DNA of 50,455 bases from Elusimicrobiota bacterium (GTDB lineage: Bacteria > Elusimicrobiota > Elusimicrobia > Elusimicrobiales > UBA9959). Positions 8,252 to 16,554 of this stretch are shown here, piece after piece. Both the position numbers and the translations under genes were made by a program. Numbering within the stretch: position 1 is the first letter of the stretch; every line of letters begins with the position of its first letter. Location of the stretch: contig DAIENX010000068.1 of NCBI GenBank assembly GCA_027340875.1, positions 1 through 50,455 of the forward strand, in the 5' to 3' direction. Under the pieces are notes generated by a model. The model was not told the origin of the DNA, did no database searches, and saw nothing but the letters and a program-made list of their open reading frames with translations.

Positions 8252-11200
8252 CCACACCTCGATTCAACGAAGATACTCTTTCTGAGAAGCCTGCTATCGA
8301 GCAACTTGTACGGATGGGCTACTCCTTCATCCCCGGAGAGAAGCTTGATCCGCAGGAAACCGAGGACGCGGAACGCAGTTCGCGCCGCGAGGTGATCCTG
8401 GTCGAGCGTCTGCACCGCAAACTTAAGGAGCTTAACCCCGAGGCCGGGGAGATCGCCATAGAGAAGGCCATAAGGCAGATAACAAACATACAGGGAACCA
8501 GCCTTATGGACGAGAACCGCGAGTTCCACAAGGATCTGGTGGCCAATATCTCTATCGACCAGGAGAGCGGTGCGGGCCGCAGGTCGGTTACTATCCGCTT
8601 CGTGGATTTTGACAAGCCGGAGAATAACGAGTTCCTTGTAGTCAACCAGTTCTGGATCAAAGGCCCCAAATTCCCTGACCGGCCCGATATCGTAATCTTT
8701 GTGAACGGCATCCCGCTGGCTGTTATCGAATGCAAAAGCCCGGTGGCCAGGGAAACCGGCGTAGGTGACGCGATAAAACAGCTCTGCCGCTATCAGCGCG
8801 AGATCCCGGCGCTCTTCCGCACCAACCAGATACTGCTGGGTGTGAATCTGCTAGGCGCGAAATACGGCGCTATCGGCGCGGACTACGATAATTACCACGA
8901 ATGGAAGGCCAAGCCGGAAGAGAAACTGCCTGTTCTCACAAAACATCCCACCGTGCTGGAGATGAAGTCCCTTGGCCTTCTCGAAGAAAAAGATCTGCCC
9001 GCCACGCCGGCCCCGCAGGATGTGGCTATAGCTGCGCTGTTCAATAAACGCAATTTCCTGGACATTATCCGGAACTTCACCGTTTTTGAAAGAGGTGACG
9101 GCAAGGTGAGAAAGAAGATCTGCCGCTACCAACAGTTTACCGCTGTGCAGAAACTGGCCGCGCGTGTGCTTGGCGAAAAAGAGAAGAAAGGCATAATCTG
9201 GCACTGGCAGGGTTCTGGTAAATCTTTGACCATGCTATTTGCCGCGCTTAAGCTGCGCCGCGAAGAGGCCAAGCTCAAGAACCCTTACTTCGTGGTAGTC
9301 ACCGACCGCACCGATCTGGATAAACAGATAGCCGGCACTTTCCATGATTGCGGTTTCCCCAATCCGGTCCGTGCCGAGAGCGGGCAGGACCTTTACCGCA
9401 TGCTTTCCGAGGGCGTAGGCCGCACCATAATGACCACGGTGCAGAAGTTCAGGTATCCCCCGGAGAAACCTCTATCCAACGCCGATAATATAATCGTGCT
9501 TACAGACGAGGCTCACCGAACACAGTACGGCAATTTCGCCTTTAACTTGCGCAAAGCCCTGCCCAATGCTGCTTTCTTCGCTTTCACCGGTACCCCGCTG
9601 GATAAAGAAGACCGCAATACCTATCGTCTTTTCAGCCCTCCGAACGAAACCTATATGCACCGCTACGGCATTATGGAGGCCGAAGCGGACGGCGCAACCA
9701 AACCGATAAAGTACATGAGCCGGCTGCCTTCGCTGCACCTTGTTGGCGGGTCGATAGATTCGCTGCTGGCCGGCTTGTTCCCGGATAAAGACAAAGCGGA
9801 GTTGGCGAAAATTAAGAAGCAGTACGCCAGCATGGAGGTGCTTGCCGGCGCGCCGCCCAGGATAGAGCGTGTGGCCATGGATATCGTGGAGCATTATCAC
9901 CAGGCCATCCGTCCCAACGGTCTAAAGGCCATGATAGTCGCCAAGGACAGGGCTTCGGTGGATATTTACAAAAGAGCCATGGATAAGCTTATCCCGCCAG
10001 AAGCTTCCGCCGTGGTGATGACTACCAATGACCGCGAAGATCCCGCGGATTGGAAAGAAAAGTATTATCTCTCAAGCCGCGACGAGGAAATCTTGAAAGA
10101 GCGTTTCAAGGACCCCAAAGATCCGCTGACTTTCCTCATAGTCTGCGACAAACTGCTAACGGGTTTCGACGCGCCGGTGCTGCAGGTGATGTACCTGGAC
10201 CAGCGGCTTATCGAGCATAACCTGCTGCAAGCCGTGGCCCGTACCAACCGCGTTTATCCCTGCAAGAATTACGGCCTTGTGGTGGATTATGTCGGCCTCG
10301 GCGCCGAATTAGCCGGCGCTTTAAAGAAGTTCAGCGCGGATGACCTTGCCGGTCTGTTCCGGACCGACGATGTGGAGCGGGAACTGGTTCAACTGGCGCT
10401 GCACCACAAGGCTGCTATGAAGTTCTTCGCCGGGGTTTCTTTCAGCGATAAGCCTGTGGCGATAATACAGAAATGCCTTGAGATATTGCGCCCGCCGGCA
10501 GTCAGGGGTGACTTCGACAAGATCTTCCGCGACATGGTTAAAAGCATGGACTTTCTCATGCCGGACCTGCGGGTGGAACCGTTCCTGAAGGATTTTAAGT
10601 TCCTCGGAGCGGTCCGCGAAGGGGCGAAGAACCTGTACCGCGATGAGCGTCTTAAATCTGAGGACCTGAGCGCAAAGGTGGAGGCGTTGATACAGGCCCA
10701 TATAGCCGCGGAAAAGATAGAGGAATTGTTGAAGCCGCTCACTATCACTGCCCCTGACTTTGCGAAGCAACTTGAGGCCAAGGGGTCCGACAAGGCAAAG
10801 GCCGTGCACCTGGAATATGCCTTGCGTGACACACTGCATGGTGCGGCGGCCGAGAACCCAGTGTTTTACGGGACTTTGCAGGAACAGCTGGAGGATGTTA
10901 TCGCCGCCAACAAGCAGGCGCGGGTTGATGACGCCCAGCTTCTGCTTTCGCTAATGCAGATAAAGCAGGCCGAAGAGCATAAAGACGAAGCGGCCAGAAA
11001 GCTCGGGCTTTCCGACGCCCGGGAATTCGCTTTCTTCGGACTTATAGACAGCTCGGGAGATATGCCGGCCCTAAAAAAAGAGGAACGCGCTGGCCTTGTT
11101 AAAGATATCATCGCTCTTCTAGAAGAACGCGCCGTGGCCGAGTGGACGGAGCGGGAAGACGTGCAGAAAGAGATGAGGCGCGAGATAAAGAGGTTGCTGC

Positions 11201-11283
11201 GGCGCAAGGGTTGCGATGAGGAAAAGCTGCCTGCGCTTACGCGGGAATTAATGGAACTGGCCCAGCAATGGATTAAGCGCTAA
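8248..11283 (+). CDS. hsdR: Type I R-M restriction (nuclease/translocase) subunit
   Basis: RPD...IECK nuclease motif, QGSGKS Walker A, DEAH, FTGTP, LLTGFDAP, QAVARTNR. Confidence 0.97.
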   Translation: MTTPRFNEDTLSEKPAIEQLVRMGYSFIPGEKLDPQETEDAERSSRREVILVERLHRKLKELNPEAGEIAIEKAIRQITNIQGTSLMDENREFHKDLVANISIDQESGAGRRSVTIRFVDFDKPENNEFLVVNQFWIKGPKFPDRPDIVIFVNGIPLAVIECKSPVARETGVGDAIKQLCRYQREIPALFRTNQILLGVNLLGAKYGAIGADYDNYHEWKAKPEEKLPVLTKHPTVLEMKSLGLLEEKDLPATPAPQDVAIAALFNKRNFLDIIRNFTVFERGDGKVRKKICRYQQFTAVQKLAARVLGEKEKKGIIWHWQGSGKSLTMLFAALKLRREEAKLKNPYFVVVTDRTDLDKQIAGTFHDCGFPNPVRAESGQDLYRMLSEGVGRTIMTTVQKFRYPPEKPLSNADNIIVLTDEAHRTQYGNFAFNLRKALPNAAFFAFTGTPLDKEDRNTYRLFSPPNETYMHRYGIMEAEADGATKPIKYMSRLPSLHLVGGSIDSLLAGLFPDKDKAELAKIKKQYASMEVLAGAPPRIERVAMDIVEHYHQAIRPNGLKAMIVAKDRASVDIYKRAMDKLIPPEASAVVMTTNDREDPADWKEKYYLSSRDEEILKERFKDPKDPLTFLIVCDKLLTGFDAPVLQVMYLDQRLIEHNLLQAVARTNRVYPCKNYGLVVDYVGLGAELAGALKKFSADDLAGLFRTDDVERELVQLALHHKAAMKFFAGVSFSDKPVAIIQKCLEILRPPAVRGDFDKIFRDMVKSMDFLMPDLRVEPFLKDFKFLGAVREGAKNLYRDERLKSEDLSAKVEALIQAHIAAEKIEELLKPLTITAPDFAKQLEAKGSDKAKAVHLEYALRDTLHGAAAENPVFYGTLQEQLEDVIAANKQARVDDAQLLLSLMQIKQAEEHKDEAARKLGLSDAREFAFFGLIDSSGDMPALKKEERAGLVKDIIALLEERAVAEWTEREDVQKEMRREIKRLLRRKGCDEEKLPALTRELMELAQQWIKR

Positions 11284-11284
11284 T

Positions 11285-12019
11285 ATGCCTACAGCTGTCG
11301 CTGAAAAAATAGCATTTTCATTGTTCCAGTCTGCCGGGAGCAAGACCATTTCTTTGCGCATAAACCGGGACGGTTCAGTGACTGTTCGTGCGCCCAGGCA
11401 TATATCGGAAGACGATGTGGCGGAATTCGTTTCCAGGCGCGCGTGCTGGATAGTGGAGAAACAAAAATATTTTGAACGGCTTTCGCAGGTATATCCTCCC
11501 AAGGAGTTTAAGAACGGGGAATCATTTGAGTTCCTGGGGAGAAATCTCAGGCTCAAATTGTTCCGTGCCGCAGGGCGAAAGGACACGCGATGTGAAGTCA
11601 CCGATGGGCGGCTTAAACTGTTTCTGGATGGCCAGACGGGGAAGGAATTAAAGACCGTTGCCGCCAGTGCTATCCGCAATCTGTATTCCAGGCATACGGC
11701 CTTGCGCGCGAGGGCCTTTGTCCGCAAGCACGCCGCCTCTTTGGCGATTAAGCCGGGTCGTATATTGATCGTAGATGTAAAAAAGCGATGGGGAAGTTGT
11801 GCGCGCAACGGGGATGTGCGGCTTAACTGGCGCATTTCCATGATGCCGCCTGCGGTTATCGAATATATCATCGTACATGAACTGTGCCATTTGAAGGTTA
11901 ATTCACATGCGCCAAAATTCTGGAACATTCTTAAGTCGATTCTTCCGGATTATGAAAACCGGCGCGCATGGCTGCGCCGTCATGGCCCGGCGGCTCTTCT
12001 TGTTTCTGATTGGGGGTAA
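11285..12019 (+). CDS. YgjP/DUF45 (M48-like, SprT-family) zinc metallohydrolase, commonly found after hsdR
   Basis: RWGSC, LNWR, YIIVHELCHL (HExxH), HAPKFW. Confidence 0.92.
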   Translation: MPTAVAEKIAFSLFQSAGSKTISLRINRDGSVTVRAPRHISEDDVAEFVSRRACWIVEKQKYFERLSQVYPPKEFKNGESFEFLGRNLRLKLFRAAGRKDTRCEVTDGRLKLFLDGQTGKELKTVAASAIRNLYSRHTALRARAFVRKHAASLAIKPGRILIVDVKKRWGSCARNGDVRLNWRISMMPPAVIEYIIVHELCHLKVNSHAPKFWNILKSILPDYENRRAWLRRHGPAALLVSDWG

Positions 12020-12023
12020 CGGT

Positions 12024-12731
12024 ATGGACTCAAACAAAGGGATCTCCAAACTGAATGGTTTGGAGAATGACAGGTTTCAGGAGGGGCTTCTTAAATATCC
12101 AGACGGTTTTACTTTGGTGGATGATATACTCCAGTCCTTATCGCACGGGTTTCTTGGTGAAGGCCATGATGAAAATCGGCCCTTTTTGGCTTTTTACGCC
12201 CAGGCCTGTGCAGATTTGCAGTTGGCTGTATTGTCTACGCTCAGACAGCACGATGTCCAATCATGTCTTATGCTACGTCATGCGCTTGAATCCGTAGGTT
12301 TGGCAGCCTATGCCACGGTATTTAAATCGAGCGCTGATGGGAACGAGGTCGTGGCAGCATTCGGCGATAAGGATAAAGTGTTTAAATGGATAGAGGCAGG
12401 GTTCCCGGAGGATTCCCAAAAACTCAAGGTTCTAAAGAAAAAAATTAATGACAACTTTGCGCATTCAAATATCCTTACAGCCGCTACTCGACTAAGTGAA
12501 GTAGGGGGCAAACTGAATCTTCACTTCTTTGATACAAATAGTTCGAGACTTATGGGATCCAGATTGTATGTTATCGCTGAAATAGGCTGGCTTGCTATGG
12601 ACTTGCTTGAGAAGGCGGTCAAAAAGGCGAATAATGGAATTACTGTGCAGTCTGGGATGATTGCGCGTCTAAATGACTATTCAACGCAGATTGATAAAGT
12701 GTTTGCCGAACTAAAAACGGCAAAGAGTTGA
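12024..12731 (+). CDS. Hypothetical helical protein, possibly HEPN-like (DUF5677-type)
   Basis: LRHALES and NDNFAHSN motifs resemble R..lE/H-containing HEPN-like proteins; its stop codon lies within the 12-bp core. Confidence 0.6.
   Translation: MDSNKGISKLNGLENDRFQEGLLKYPDGFTLVDDILQSLSHGFLGEGHDENRPFLAFYAQACADLQLAVLSTLRQHDVQSCLMLRHALESVGLAAYATVFKSSADGNEVVAAFGDKDKVFKWIEAGFPEDSQKLKVLKKKINDNFAHSNILTAATRLSEVGGKLNLHFFDTNSSRLMGSRLYVIAEIGWLAMDLLEKAVKKANNGITVQSGMIARLNDYSTQIDKVFAELKTAKS
12720..12731 (+). repeat. 12-bp direct-repeat core GCAAAGAGTTGA (right copy)
   Basis: Identical to 211-222; directly followed by the right inverted arm. Confidence 0.85.
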
Positions 12732-12789
12732 TGGGCGCGGGAAATAATTTTCTGCGTTGTACGGCCGCCGAAGGCGGACGGGAGCGGCC
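12732..12789 (-). repeat. Right 58-bp inverted repeat arm
   Basis: Exact reverse complement of 151-208. Confidence 0.95.
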
Positions 12790-13045
12790 CGGACGGCCCT
12801 ATTGGGTACCGGCCGGCCGCGCACAGGGGGTGTTAATAAGTGCGGGACTCCGCTTGCTGGAGCAAGTGCGAAGGCGCGAAGTGCCGAGCCTTGCGAACCC
12901 TCCTTCTCGCGGCAAGGAGCAGTGCGGGGCCGCGAAGTGGCCACGCCTGCGACGACATCTCGCGGATAAGATCCGCCTACCGCTTTCAATGGCGGTAATT
13001 ACAAGATAACCTCGGGATGCTGCGCAAAGTAGCCTGTAATTTCAC

Positions 13046-13061
13046 CCTGATAGGCCCGCCA
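13046..13061 (+). other. Probable attR: duplicated 3' end of a tRNA (CCTGA-TAGGCCC-G-CCA)
   Basis: Fits T-stem 3' strand, 7-nt acceptor strand, discriminator and CCA; a terminator follows about 20 nt later; coincides with the compositional boundary. Confidence 0.55.
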
Positions 13062-13081
13062 GAAATTTAGTCCGGCAGCAG

Positions 13082-13107
13082 AAAGCTCCCCTCCCGGGGA
13101 GCTTTTT
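13082..13107 (+). terminator. Rho-independent terminator
   Basis: AAAGCTCCCC-TCCC-GGGGAGCTTTTT. Confidence 0.8.
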
Positions 13108-13155
13108 GATTTCAGGCGCCGGCTTTTTTGTATCATAAGGGGAACAGGAGGGTTT

Positions 13156-13470
13156 ATGGGAAAAGCCAAAAAGACCATAGGCGCGGGACTGGCGGTAGCG
13201 GCCATAGCCGCGGCCGCCGTGTATTTCCTCACCGGCAAGCGCGGCCGGGAGAACCGGGAGAAGATCGCCGTCTGGACGCTGGACATGAAGGCGGAAGTGC
13301 TGCGCAAAATGAAGCAGCTCGAGATCCTGAACAAGGAAGCCTACTACGCCCTGGTGGACGCCGTGGCGGTGCGCTACGAGCGCGTCGGCCGCGCCACGAA
13401 GGACGAGGTCGCCCACCTGGCCCACGAGCTGAAGGGCGCCTGGAAGCACATAGGCAGCCAGCTGAAATAA
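13156..13470 (+). CDS. Small hypothetical protein with N-terminal membrane anchor (YtxH-like)
   Basis: SD AGGAGG; hydrophobic GAGLAVAAIAAAAVYFL followed by helical region. Confidence 0.75.
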   Translation: MGKAKKTIGAGLAVAAIAAAAVYFLTGKRGRENREKIAVWTLDMKAEVLRKMKQLEILNKEAYYALVDAVAVRYERVGRATKDEVAHLAHELKGAWKHIGSQLK

Positions 13471-13477
13471 CCCGCCG

Positions 13478-14113
13478 ATGGAAGGGCTCCAGGAGATCTA
13501 CGGGCCGGAGTTCTTCCGGGAGTGGGGGCCGGCCAACAGGGACTACGTGCTCTCGGCCGGTCTAGTGGCCGACGCCGTCTACCGCGTGTTCCGCCCGCGC
13601 AGCCTGGCCGACCTCGGCTGCGGCTGCGGCATCTACAGCCATCTTTTCCGGGAGAAAGGGCTGAAGGTCCTTTCGATAGACGGGGTCACCCCGCCGCGCG
13701 AGCATTCCTACCCGGTGGAGATAGTCAACCGCGACCTTACGCTTCCCATCAGCAACGAGTGGGGCAGGTTCGACCTGGCGCTGTGCCTGGAGGTGGCGGA
13801 ACACATACCCGAGGAGCACTCCGAGACCTTCCTGCGCAACCTGATGGGCTTCAGCGACCGCCTGCTCATTTCCGCCGCGCCGCCCGGCCAGGGCGGGCAT
13901 CACCACGTCAACGAGCAGCCCCGGCGGTACTGGGCGGACCGCCTGGCCAGGCTGGGCTACGCCTACAACCGCAAGGCCTCCGGCCTGATCATGAAGTCCG
14001 TCGAGGACTGTCCTCCCCCCAACCTCTGGATGGTCTGCCACATAGGCGTCTACGACAGGGCTACGGACCCCAAGCAGCTCAGCCACGGCCTGCCGTTCTC
14101 GGTGCGGGCCTGA
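13478..14113 (+). CDS. Class I SAM-dependent methyltransferase
   Basis: DLGCGCG motif I, FDLALCLEVAEHI, SAAPPGQGGHHHVNEQ. Confidence 0.9.
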   Translation: MEGLQEIYGPEFFREWGPANRDYVLSAGLVADAVYRVFRPRSLADLGCGCGIYSHLFREKGLKVLSIDGVTPPREHSYPVEIVNRDLTLPISNEWGRFDLALCLEVAEHIPEEHSETFLRNLMGFSDRLLISAAPPGQGGHHHVNEQPRRYWADRLARLGYAYNRKASGLIMKSVEDCPPPNLWMVCHIGVYDRATDPKQLSHGLPFSVRA

Positions 14114-14143
14114 AGTTTTGATAGAATCTAACCGGGTTAGAGA

Positions 14144-14599
14144 ATGAACAAGCTGCCTCTCACGGATTCCGACACCATCCTCTTCACGAAGATAGTGAAG
14201 AAGATAAATTTCTTCGCCTCTATGAACATGGGCCTGATGGAGAAGATCCTGAACAGGATCTATTACTACCAGTACGACTCCGGGGAGAAGGTCTGCAAGC
14301 AGGGCGAACTAGGCGACGCGTTCTACGTGATAGCGGAAGGGCGCCTTAAGGTAAGCATCCGGGAGGCATTTCTCTTCTCGAGGACCCTGGCCACGCTGGG
14401 GCCTGGCGACTGCTTCGGCGAGATGGCCCTGCTGGAGAGCAAGCCCAGGAACGCCACCGTGACCTGCGAGGAGCCGTCCAAGATCTTCGTGCTAACTTCC
14501 GAGCATTTCGACCAGGCCCTGTCGGAGAACCCTTCCTTCAAGCAGGAGATAAAGAAGCTGGCCGCCGACCGGCAGTTCGAGATCGACCACAAAAAGTAG
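14144..14599 (+). CDS. Cyclic-nucleotide-binding domain protein
   Basis: QGELGDAFYVI, GDCFGEMALL, PRNATV. Confidence 0.92.
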   Translation: MNKLPLTDSDTILFTKIVKKINFFASMNMGLMEKILNRIYYYQYDSGEKVCKQGELGDAFYVIAEGRLKVSIREAFLFSRTLATLGPGDCFGEMALLESKPRNATVTCEEPSKIFVLTSEHFDQALSENPSFKQEIKKLAADRQFEIDHKK

Positions 14600-14616
14600 G
14601 CCGCGTCCGCGGAAGC

Positions 14617-14644
14617 AAAAAGAGCCGCCTGGAGGCGGCTCTTT
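14617..14644. terminator. Bidirectional terminator between convergent genes
   Basis: AAAAAGAGCCGCCT-GG-AGGCGGCTCTTT. Confidence 0.8.
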
Positions 14645-14669
14645 GCTTTCACAGGGAATGTCCTGCCGG

Positions 14670-15287
14670 TCAGTCCCTTATATAGTGGCAGGTGTACCCG
14701 CCGGGGTGTTTCTGCAGGTAGTCCTGATGGTATTCTTCGGCCGGCCAGAACTTCCCGGCGGGAACTATCTCGGTGGTTATAGGGCGCTTCCAGCGGCCGG
14801 AGTCCCGCGCCCGCTTCACCGCGGCCTCCGCCTCCAGCTTCTGCGCCTCACTATGGTAGAAGATGGCCGAGCGGTACTGCGTGCCGATATCGTTGCCCTG
14901 GCGGTTCGGCGTCGTGGGGTCATGCATGCGGAAGAACATGTCCAGCAGCTGCCCGTAGGAGATCTTCTTCGGGTCGAAGCGCAGCTGTATGCTTTCGGCG
15001 TGGCCGGTGGTGCCGGCGTGCACGTCCTCGTAGGTCGGGTTGTCCGTATGTCCGCCGGTGTAGCCCACTACCGTTCCCTCCACCCCTGGCAGCTTGCGCA
15101 GTATGTCTTCCATGCCCCAGAAGCAGCCGCCGGCCAGCGTGGCCGTTTCCAGTCCGGACTTCGTATCGTTCTCAGACACTTTAGCCTCCATTGCGGTCCC
15201 CGCCGCAGGCGCCGGCTTCCCCCCGCCGCAGGCGCAGAGCTGCGCCGCGGCCATCAAAATCAGAACACCCGCGCGGGCGTCGCTCAC
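14670..15287 (-). CDS. msrA: Peptide-methionine (S)-S-oxide reductase, probably an exported lipoprotein
   Basis: GGCFWG, GYTGG, GTTGHAE, RQGNDIGTQYRS, AEEYHQDY; lipobox-like LCAC. Confidence 0.95.
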   Translation of the reverse strand: MSDARAGVLILMAAAQLCACGGGKPAPAAGTAMEAKVSENDTKSGLETATLAGGCFWGMEDILRKLPGVEGTVVGYTGGHTDNPTYEDVHAGTTGHAESIQLRFDPKKISYGQLLDMFFRMHDPTTPNRQGNDIGTQYRSAIFYHSEAQKLEAEAAVKRARDSGRWKRPITTEIVPAGKFWPAEEYHQDYLQKHPGGYTCHYIRD

Positions 15288-15685
15288 GCCTCCTCCAGCT
15301 CCAGCCTGATGTCCGGGTGCAGGCTGCGGCTGACCGGGCAGGCCTTCACGCAGGCCATCAGCTTGGCGCGCTGCTTGGCGTCCAGCCCCGCCGGCAGCTT
15401 CACCACGCCCGTCAGGGCCGCTATGCGCCGCGGGGCCTCCGTCATATGCTTCTCTATCTCTATGGAGGCTCCGGCCATGTCTATGCCGTCATGCTTGGCC
15501 ACCTTTACCATTATGCTGAGTATACACGAGGCCACGGAGGCGGTGGTAAGGTCCGTGGGCGAAAAAGTGCGGCCGCGCCCTCCGTTATCCGGGGGCAGGT
15601 CGGTGCGCATTTTATTGCCGCTGAGGCAGTGCTCCAGCTCCACCTGATCGTCGCCAGCGTAAACCGCGTTTATCTTGAAAGCCAT
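15284..15685 (-). CDS. OsmC family protein
   Basis: TDLPPDNGG..FSPTDL...ASC and CPVSRSL. Confidence 0.9.
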   Translation of the reverse strand: MAFKINAVYAGDDQVELEHCLSGNKMRTDLPPDNGGRGRTFSPTDLTTASVASCILSIMVKVAKHDGIDMAGASIEIEKHMTEAPRRIAALTGVVKLPAGLDAKQRAKLMACVKACPVSRSLHPDIRLELEEA

Positions 15686-15761
15686 GTTTCCTCCAGGTGC
15701 CGTCTTTTTATTATAATACTTTCTCTCTCGCTAGTATCCGTCACAGGAGGTTCCCTCAAAA

Positions 15762-16475
15762 ATGGACATCCGTCATTTGGCGTTAGTATCCGCTGCTATT
15801 TTCGCCGTTTCCTGCTCCCCGAAGGCGCCGGAAACAGCCCAGTCCGGAGCTGAGCAGCCCTCTGCGTCCGCCCCGGCCGACCTAAAGGAGATAAAACCGA
15901 ATATGGACATACTCAAAGACCCCTCCAAGGCAGTAGAGAAGGCCCCCGCCACCTTCAAGGTGAAGTTCGCCACCACGAAGGGCGATTTCACTCTGGAAGT
16001 GCACCGCGACTGGGCGCCGCTCGGCGCCGACAGGTTCTATAACCTGGTCAAGGCCGGCTTCTTCACCGACATCGCCTTCTTCCGCGTTATAGACGGCTTC
16101 ATGGCCCAGTTCGGCATACACGGCGACCCCGCCGTGGCCGCCGCCTGGCGCGGGGCCCGCATCCAGGACGACCCGGTGAAGGAGTCCAACGAAAAGGGTT
16201 ATATCTCCTACGCGATGGCCGGCCCCAACACCAGGACCACGCAGTTCTTCATCAACTACGGCAACAACTCCCGCCTCGACGGCATGGGTTTCTCCCCGTT
16301 CGGCAAGGTGGTCGACGGCATGAAAGTGATAGACAGCATCTACTCCGGCTACGGCGAGGGCGCGCCTTCGGGCATGGGCCCCGACCAGGGCAAGGTACAG
16401 ATGCAGGGCAACGCCTACCTGAAGGCCAGCTTCCCCAGGCTGGACTACATAAAGGGCGCGGAACTGCTGAACTGA
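15762..16475 (+). CDS. Cyclophilin-type peptidyl-prolyl isomerase (lipoprotein)
   Basis: WAPLGADRFYNLV, FFRVIDGFMAQFG, AMAGPNTRTTQFFIN; lipobox AVSC. Confidence 0.93.
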   Translation: MDIRHLALVSAAIFAVSCSPKAPETAQSGAEQPSASAPADLKEIKPNMDILKDPSKAVEKAPATFKVKFATTKGDFTLEVHRDWAPLGADRFYNLVKAGFFTDIAFFRVIDGFMAQFGIHGDPAVAAAWRGARIQDDPVKESNEKGYISYAMAGPNTRTTQFFINYGNNSRLDGMGFSPFGKVVDGMKVIDSIYSGYGEGAPSGMGPDQGKVQMQGNAYLKASFPRLDYIKGAELLN

Positions 16476-16488
16476 AGCCGAGGATAAC

Positions 16489-16540
16489 CCAGGGCCCCGC
16501 GCGGCCCTGGCAGGCGGCCAGTCCTACGGAGGACTGGCCG
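16489..16540. terminator. Two GC-rich hairpins between convergent genes
   Basis: CCAGGGCC/GGCCCTGG and CGGCCAGTCC/GGACTGGCCG stems; no clear U-tract. Confidence 0.45.
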
Positions 16541-16554
16541 TCCTTCGTCTCCGT

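Noticed and set aside
12990..13061. Complete tRNA gene
   Set aside because: Only the 3' 16 nt fit; no D arm, anticodon arm, intact T loop or matching 5' acceptor strand.
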